A stretch of DNA of 64,000 nucleotides from a virus. Its lineage: Duplodnaviria; Caudoviricetes. The position numbers and the translations under genes are program-made. The notes under the pieces were generated by a model. It was not told the DNA's origin and did no database searches. It saw only the letters and a list, made by a program, of their open reading frames with translations. Shown here one piece after another: positions 57,911 through 64,000 of this stretch. The first letter of the stretch is position 1. Every line of letters begins with the position of its first letter. Location of the stretch: IMG/VR virus record IMGVR_UViG_3300010283_000005, positions 64,001 through 128,000 of that record; one strand, 5' to 3'.

Positions 57911-59086
57911 ATGAGTGAAACTAAATTATATCACTTATCGGATGAACGACATCTGAGCAAGGATGCCATACTGAAGATCTTGCTGACTCAGGATGAGCTT
58001 ATCTATGGCTATTTCAAGAATAGCGATGGTAGACTGATCATGGATCAGATTACTATGGATAATATCCATAACTTAGAAGACGACCTGGAATTCAGATTGT
58101 CTGAGGAATCTGACAATAAAATGGTCGGATATACTATGGTATACGATGAGTATGAATCTGGAGGAGTCCATGGTAATACTCACAAGGGTGCTTGGAGATT
58201 CTGCTTCCACTTAGCAGATGAATATAACGTACGAATGGGAAGGTACCCCGAGCTTTTGCGTAATTCAGGAGTCCATCGACACCATAAGGATGAGAATAAG
58301 CTCAATAGCAATCCTGATAATATCATCAGATTGACTGCTTCTGAGCATGCTACTATCCACGCAGATAGTCTTGCAGTATCACATACTGCCGAGAATCAGC
58401 TCCGTAGCAGAGCAGCTATTAATTTCAGCTATATCATCAGGATGCTGAAAGATCTCAAGGATAAGCATGGCTATATCAGTGAAGAGCTGTATGATGCTGA
58501 GAAGTACAATTACAAGGAGAAACCTGCTAAATGGCAGAGAATCATGGAGTACTGTGATGGTGATCTGGAGAAGCTGAATTACATGATCGATAATTATGAT
58601 TTACTTCTCGATGCTATTTCAGAAGTCAAGAGATCTGGTAAAGTCTACTTAGCAGGTGGATGGTTCGATGATGAGCAGGCTGAACGACTTGAAGCAGTCA
58701 AGAGTATTATTGTTGGTGCAGGATTCGAAATCTTTGCACCTAAGGATGAAGCCTTATGCGAGCCTGATAGTGATCAGGATTGGAGAAAGACAGTATTTGA
58801 TGGTAATTGCAGTGCTATCAATAACTGTAGCTTCATGGTTAATATCACTGATAAGAAGGATATGGGTACTATCTTCGAAGCTGGAGTAGCTTACGCATTA
58901 CATAGACCTATTATTTATTTCGCAGAGACCTTAGGTAACAATAAGTTCAACCTGATGCTAGCTCAGTCTGGAGTAGCAGTAGCTTCTTCTCGAGATGAGC
59001 TTAAATCGTTACTTAGAAATCCTATCCTGATGGAGTGCATACTGAATAATAGTAAGTATGAGGACTTTGAAGGAGACATCGAGTAA
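57911..59086 (+). CDS. HNH domain fused to a nucleoside 2-deoxyribosyltransferase/N-glycosidase domain
   Basis: HHKDENKLNS.PDNI....SEH...H; C-terminal VYLAGGWF...P.D...D.GT.FEAG.AYA...PI. Confidence 0.8.
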   Translation: MSETKLYHLSDERHLSKDAILKILLTQDELIYGYFKNSDGRLIMDQITMDNIHNLEDDLEFRLSEESDNKMVGYTMVYDEYESGGVHGNTHKGAWRFCFHLADEYNVRMGRYPELLRNSGVHRHHKDENKLNSNPDNIIRLTASEHATIHADSLAVSHTAENQLRSRAAINFSYIIRMLKDLKDKHGYISEELYDAEKYNYKEKPAKWQRIMEYCDGDLEKLNYMIDNYDLLLDAISEVKRSGKVYLAGGWFDDEQAERLEAVKSIIVGAGFEIFAPKDEALCEPDSDQDWRKTVFDGNCSAINNCSFMVNITDKKDMGTIFEAGVAYALHRPIIYFAETLGNNKFNLMLAQSGVAVASSRDELKSLLRNPILMECILNNSKYEDFEGDIE

Positions 59087-59097
59087 GGAGGAACTTT

Positions 59098-59724
59098 ATG
59101 GGATTACCTGTAGAAGTTCTCGAAGCTATCAATGCAGCTGATGTAGTTGTATTTGAAGGATTCGAGATGACTGGTAAGTCCTATTTAGCTAAGCAGATCA
59201 ATCAGGATTACGATTCGATATTATATCGACCTGATTGGGAAGGCAGTATGACTGATAAGGTTGTCAGTAGAGGTAACAGATATATTCCAGGACTAGCAAC
59301 ATTAGGATTGTGGAAGCAATTCCATCCTTATCTGCTAGAGCATGGTCAGTCACCTAAATTATTGATTGATCGATGGATGGCAGTTTCTTATGTGTACCAG
59401 ATTCTGTACAACCAGCAGTCAGATGCAATGAGCTTGGATGATTTAGTCCAAGCTCATCATTCTGCTGCTGAAGGACTTAATGTAATTATTATTCATAAAC
59501 AACACGAGGATGAGCATGAAGCTCGGAGAATGTATGAGATATCATCAGGTTCTGCAGATCACTCAGATATCTACGATAGATTTGATGATTTCGATACTTA
59601 CTACAGATCATATCTGAAATTCAATGATACATACCTGGATTTCTACCAGAATCATTGTCATTTTCCTACTTATCTAGTATCCTCGTTAGGCAATAAGCTA
59701 CTAGATAGGAGGAATGTAGAATGA
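59098..59724 (+). CDS. dNMP/thymidylate kinase-like P-loop protein
   Basis: FEGFEMTGKS and IDRW..S.VY motifs. Confidence 0.7.
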   Translation: MGLPVEVLEAINAADVVVFEGFEMTGKSYLAKQINQDYDSILYRPDWEGSMTDKVVSRGNRYIPGLATLGLWKQFHPYLLEHGQSPKLLIDRWMAVSYVYQILYNQQSDAMSLDDLVQAHHSAAEGLNVIIIHKQHEDEHEARRMYEISSGSADHSDIYDRFDDFDTYYRSYLKFNDTYLDFYQNHCHFPTYLVSSLGNKLLDRRNVE

Positions 59725-60779
59725 TCGTAGGAATATATACAGATGCCCATTTCAGCATTGCTAGTTCAATCCTGAATGGTACTTCAGGCTACAAGTACTC
59801 TGCTAGACTCGATATGTTGGTCAATTCATTCAAATGGATGTATAAGACTTTCAAGAACGAAGGAGTTGAGCTTATCTTCAATGGTGGAGACTTGATTGAT
59901 TCTGATTTCATCAAGGCTAGAGAGAGCTCTGCACTAGCAGAAGCACTTTCTTATGGAGGAGAGATCCCTGAGTATCATATCGTAGGCAATCATGAAAAAG
60001 AGGATAAGGCTAGTAAATTCACTTCATTGTCGATTCTAGATAAGAATCGTAAGATTACAGTGATTTCGGAGCCTACTAAAATCGATGATACGTTCTCAGT
60101 AATTCCTTATACTAGAGATCTTGATTATATTGATCTTGAACCTCTAGCTAATCGAGTACTGATTTCGCATATCGATTATGAAGGGATGAGCTTAGGTAAG
60201 ATTACTCTGACAAGTGGTCTGAATATGCAGTATGCTTGCAATTACTTTGATCTGATACTTAATGGTCATATTCATGCTCCTGCAGTGTATCATGATAAGA
60301 TTATGAACATCGGAGCAATGGTAGGTCATGGATTCGACGATAATTACTCATTGTGCTATCCTAGTATCATGATCTTGGATACAGAGACCTTACAAACTCG
60401 GAGAATTGTGAATCCATATTCAGCACTATTCCTGAAAGCTAAAGTAGGATCAGTAGCTGATACTATCAAGTATCTGAAGTCCTTGAATAATCTAGCTAAT
60501 CCTAAGTGTCTGAAGCTTGAAGTACCTTATACTATTCGAGATGAGATCAGAGATTATCTAGATTCTCAGTCAGCTACGTACAATCTGGTAGCTACTAGAA
60601 TCTCTAGTAAGGTAGAGAATTCTACTGTATTAGCAGAATCTAAGGAAGATATCGTGAAATTGCAGAGCTACGAATCTGGAGCATCTGCTATGAAGAACTA
60701 CGTTGATCTGCAGTCTGATGACAGCTTGCCAGCACCTAAGGCTAAGATGGTCAAATTTGTAGAAGATTATTTGCAGTAA
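59721..60779 (+). CDS. SbcD/Mre11-like nuclease (gp47-like)
   Basis: D.H, GD..D, GNHE, SH and GHIH motifs. Confidence 0.9.
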   Translation: MIVGIYTDAHFSIASSILNGTSGYKYSARLDMLVNSFKWMYKTFKNEGVELIFNGGDLIDSDFIKARESSALAEALSYGGEIPEYHIVGNHEKEDKASKFTSLSILDKNRKITVISEPTKIDDTFSVIPYTRDLDYIDLEPLANRVLISHIDYEGMSLGKITLTSGLNMQYACNYFDLILNGHIHAPAVYHDKIMNIGAMVGHGFDDNYSLCYPSIMILDTETLQTRRIVNPYSALFLKAKVGSVADTIKYLKSLNNLANPKCLKLEVPYTIRDEIRDYLDSQSATYNLVATRISSKVENSTVLAESKEDIVKLQSYESGASAMKNYVDLQSDDSLPAPKAKMVKFVEDYLQ

Positions 60780-60791
60780 GGAGGAGCTATC

Positions 60792-62543
60792 ATGAATATA
60801 CAATTCAATCGAGTCGAACTTGATGGGTTCATGTCATTTGATAGAGCTTCTTTGACTATCAGTGACTTAGGGATTGTTTCAGTAAAAGGTATCAATGAGT
60901 ACGAGCCACTCGCTACTTCTAATGGCTCAGGCAAATCAGCATTATCAGAATCAATTCTATGGTGCTTGACTGGTTCTACTTCTAGAGGAGCTACTGATGT
61001 AGCTAATCACATTCTAAATAAGGGAGTATATGTGACTCTGGATATGGACATCGATGATAACAACTATGTCATTACTCGAGCGAAGAATCACTGCGATTAT
61101 GGTAGTGCTCTAAAGATTGTCAGAAATGGCGAAGATATATCAGGCAATACTCTCACTAAATCTAAGGCTATCTTGGAAGAGGAATTCAATCATAGTCTAG
61201 ATTATGATACTCTGACTTCTATCATTATCTTGAGTCAGGGACTACCAGGTAGATTATCTACTTTGAAGCCTTCTAGTCGTAAATCTAGATTAGAGGAACT
61301 CAGCAAGACTGATCATTATATCGATGCTCTGCAGACTAAAGTCAATTCAGCAGTTGCTGATCTGAATCAGCAGTTCACTAGTATCAATGGTCAGATCATC
61401 CAGTGTACTACTAGAATCAATACTAGCAATATGAGCATCGGAGTTAATGCTCAGAAGATCAATACTATAAAGGAGAAGGCTAGCTCACTTATTGATGAAG
61501 CGACTGCTAGTCAACTTGAGTCAGAAATCATACCGGAGTTAAGCTCAGAAATTTCACAACTGAGCGCAGATATCTATCAGCTTACTACTCAGCGAAATGA
61601 GCTAGAAACTAGAGGTAGAGATCTAAGTAGAGAATTTGATAGTAAGAAGCTTGCTAACGACAATTATATGACTCAGTATCAGAGTTATCATTCTGCAGTG
61701 TGTCCGACTTGTAATCAAGTCATTGCTAATCAAGCTAATCTAGAAGCATTGAGATCTCAGCTCGAGAAGGACATGCAAGCTAATAAATCTAGATTGGTGG
61801 AGATTCTTAACGAACGTAATCAGATCGAATCTGAAGTTATCAGACTGAATGGAGACATTAGCCTGAAGCAGGAGAAACTCAATAATAGTCAAGCAGAGCT
61901 AGCTGCTTTCCAAGCTCAGATGAATGATTATAAATCTTATAGTAGTTCTACTACTCTGCTTGAAGAAGCTATTGATTCTGACAAGAAAGTGATTTTTGAA
62001 GAAACTACTCGAAAATCGGAATTAGAAGCTAGTATTGCAGAGATCAATGAATCGTTAGCAATAGCTAATTACTTCAAGAACCAGCTATCTCGTAAATTCC
62101 GATCCTTCCTTCTAGAAGGAGTTATTGAGTACATGAATCATAAAAGTGAAGAGTACTCGCCTTACTTATTTGAGAAGCAGGGATTAGTAAGATTGGAGAT
62201 AGATGGTAACAACATCAATATCTACTTAGGCAATCGTAGGTTTGAGGATTTATCAGGTGGTGAAGGACGGAGAGTAGACATTATTCTTCAGCTGATCCAG
62301 AGAGATCTAGCTAGGAATGAATCTGGATTCTCATCTAATCTGCTAGTACTTGATGAGATTCTTGATAACTTAGATGCTACTGGAGCAGATGCAGTTATCA
62401 ATCTTCTTGAGTACAAGTCTCCTGATATTAATTCTCTGCTGATCGTTAGTCATAAACCTGATATCAATATCCCTAGTGATAGTACTCTTACCGTAGTGAA
62501 GAATTCTGATCAGATATCTAGAATTATGAAAAGCGGTGAGTAA
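60792..62543 (+). CDS. SbcC/Rad50-like ATPase (gp46-like)
   Basis: NGSGKS, CPTC hook, LSGGE, LDEILDNLD and SH motifs. Confidence 0.92.
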   Translation: MNIQFNRVELDGFMSFDRASLTISDLGIVSVKGINEYEPLATSNGSGKSALSESILWCLTGSTSRGATDVANHILNKGVYVTLDMDIDDNNYVITRAKNHCDYGSALKIVRNGEDISGNTLTKSKAILEEEFNHSLDYDTLTSIIILSQGLPGRLSTLKPSSRKSRLEELSKTDHYIDALQTKVNSAVADLNQQFTSINGQIIQCTTRINTSNMSIGVNAQKINTIKEKASSLIDEATASQLESEIIPELSSEISQLSADIYQLTTQRNELETRGRDLSREFDSKKLANDNYMTQYQSYHSAVCPTCNQVIANQANLEALRSQLEKDMQANKSRLVEILNERNQIESEVIRLNGDISLKQEKLNNSQAELAAFQAQMNDYKSYSSSTTLLEEAIDSDKKVIFEETTRKSELEASIAEINESLAIANYFKNQLSRKFRSFLLEGVIEYMNHKSEEYSPYLFEKQGLVRLEIDGNNINIYLGNRRFEDLSGGEGRRVDIILQLIQRDLARNESGFSSNLLVLDEILDNLDATGADAVINLLEYKSPDINSLLIVSHKPDINIPSDSTLTVVKNSDQISRIMKSGE

Positions 62544-62545
62544 CC

Positions 62546-63262
62546 TTGGGATATCATAAGAGAGATATCATTGCCTTAGAACGTAAAGTGAAAGAGGCAT
62601 TTGCTAAGGATAAGTCAGCTCCTGAGATGTACACTACCATCAAGGAGCTGGCTGCAGCAATACTAGTAGTCAAACGTATGGCATTCAACTCGAATGAAGT
62701 TGACGAAATTTCTCATATGCTAGCTACAGACTTCTACTTAAAAATCAATCATGAAGGACTAGTAGTAGAGAAGTGGACTAAGTACATACGACTACGCTTG
62801 TATAATGCTCGAAGTGAGTACTTAAATGAAACTAGAGGAGTAGAATTCGAAGTATCAGATGTGATCGAAGCTGAGCAGTTTCGTGATCAATTATTCGGAT
62901 CAGCTAATAGATTCCGAACTGAGCAAGCAGCTATGGAGTTAGATAGTGTAGTTCAGTCAATGTCTACTCTAGCACTAGAGATTTTTGATAGCTATGTTCA
63001 CTATAAACCTGGTACTACTGAATACGAATTCATTAAGATATCAGTGATGTTCACTATCGAGGATAAGCTGAAGTATAATCGAGGTCGTGTAGTCCTGGTC
63101 AAGCTAGGAGAAGAATATCGAACTTATGTAAGATTCCTAGTATCATTGATCTATAAGAGACTAGGAGTTAACTTACGCAAACTACTAGGAGATGATCTAC
63201 ATCGATCTAGTGAGCTTAGTGAACTCATAGGAGCTAGCTGGAACATTGACAATTCAGATTAG
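62546..63262 (+). CDS. Hypothetical protein, possibly a second (late) sigma-like factor
   Basis: VDEISH.LA...YLKI...W..YIR.RLYN..SEYL loosely resembles sigma region 2. Confidence 0.35.
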   Translation: MGYHKRDIIALERKVKEAFAKDKSAPEMYTTIKELAAAILVVKRMAFNSNEVDEISHMLATDFYLKINHEGLVVEKWTKYIRLRLYNARSEYLNETRGVEFEVSDVIEAEQFRDQLFGSANRFRTEQAAMELDSVVQSMSTLALEIFDSYVHYKPGTTEYEFIKISVMFTIEDKLKYNRGRVVLVKLGEEYRTYVRFLVSLIYKRLGVNLRKLLGDDLHRSSELSELIGASWNIDNSD

Positions 63263-63273
63263 GAGGTGATCAA

Positions 63274-63753
63274 ATGACTAATAATATAGATGATGACATG
63301 ATGGAAGGACCTAGCTCAGAAGTCGATTCACTCCTGAAGAATGTACAAGATATGGGTGATCTGTATTTCGTAGCATTATTAGTGCTAGCTAAACTAGAAC
63401 CATCATCTAAGAATCAGAATCATATGATAGCAGAGTTGTCCTATCTGCTAGATACTCAATCCTTCATCAATCTACTATGGTATTTTGAAGGAGAAACTAT
63501 CAGAATCCCTACTAGAGATGAGCTGAAGGAAGTCCTGACTATGATGTCATTGTACTATCAGCATGAAGTCCTAGGTAAAGTCTGGAAGGATGCTTGCAGT
63601 GCAGTAGGACTGGAAGGTAATTCTCATTATGTAGGCAAGATCTGGAATCGATATCAGAAGTTCAAGAAGACCTTGAATTCGGTTCAATTACCAAAGAAGC
63701 TTCGTCGTCCAGATATGGATGATAAGCTCAAGATGGATCAGGGAGGTGATTGA
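63274..63753 (+). CDS. Hypothetical protein, Mor-like transcription regulator
   Basis: FINLL.YFEGETIRIP resembles the Mor-family L...FGG..IYIP motif; followed by a possible HTH. Confidence 0.4.
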   Translation: MTNNIDDDMMEGPSSEVDSLLKNVQDMGDLYFVALLVLAKLEPSSKNQNHMIAELSYLLDTQSFINLLWYFEGETIRIPTRDELKEVLTMMSLYYQHEVLGKVWKDACSAVGLEGNSHYVGKIWNRYQKFKKTLNSVQLPKKLRRPDMDDKLKMDQGGD

Positions 63754-63755
63754 TA

Positions 63756-64000
63756 TTGGCTAATGATGAATGGTCAAGGTATAATCGACTCCTAGGGGAT
63801 GCACATGACCTCATAGATGCAGCTCCAGCTGATCATGCACTAATTAAGAGAGCAATCTTATCTGCTATGAAGGCAGATAAGTTGCTTATTGCTGAGAAGA
63901 GGGCATCCGAGTCTCTAGGCTTATTGATTGATCTATCTACTACTCCTCAAGCATTGCAGGAAGCACTGACTGAGAGTGCTAAGGATATCAATACAATCGA
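63756..64000 (+). CDS. Hypothetical protein (3'-truncated)
   Basis: GGAGGT RBS, TTG start, frame open to the window end. Confidence 0.55.
   Translation, partial: MANDEWSRYNRLLGDAHDLIDAAPADHALIKRAILSAMKADKLLIAEKRASESLGLLIDLSTTPQALQEALTESAKDINTI

Noticed and set aside
1-64000. Genome-wide TAG reassignment
   Set aside because: Genes are intact under code 11 and TAG terminates several of them (e.g. 14141, 33648, 36707, 57818, 63262); only one internal TAG was found.

Overview
This window is a 64-kb segment of a large tailed dsDNA phage, myovirus-like and probably infecting a Bacillota/Clostridia-type host (GH73+CHAP+CW_7 endolysin, AGGAGG RBSs). Almost all genes are on the + strand. Positions 1-24.3 kb hold a baseplate/adsorption module with TWO separate diversity-generating retroelements. 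DGR1 is a 2005-aa target, avd, TR and RT. DGR2 is a 457-aa target, TR and RT, with no avd. Both TR/VR pairs show adenine-specific mismatches. Positions 24.3-27.4 kb hold the lysis genes. Positions 27.4-29.5 kb are a regulatory hub: a duplicated consensus host sigma-A promoter in front of a sigma-factor-like gene. A bipartite motif, GAGY-N17-CGTTTATA, occurs 10 times in front of transcription units and is probably this sigma factor's promoter. Positions 29.5-64 kb are replication, recombination and nucleotide-metabolism genes: type II topoisomerase, RNase H, UDG, helicases (one with an HNH intein), primase, SSB, RecA, 5'-3' exonuclease, PolA and SbcCD. Five free-standing GIY-YIG homing endonuclease genes are present (four in this part, one in the tail module). 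The 5'-3' exonuclease gene is interrupted by CTT-TAG-CTT, the signature of a ribosomal stop-hop that would restore the canonical motif spacing. No tRNA, rRNA or CRISPR array was seen. All domain calls come from motif recognition by eye, not database searches.
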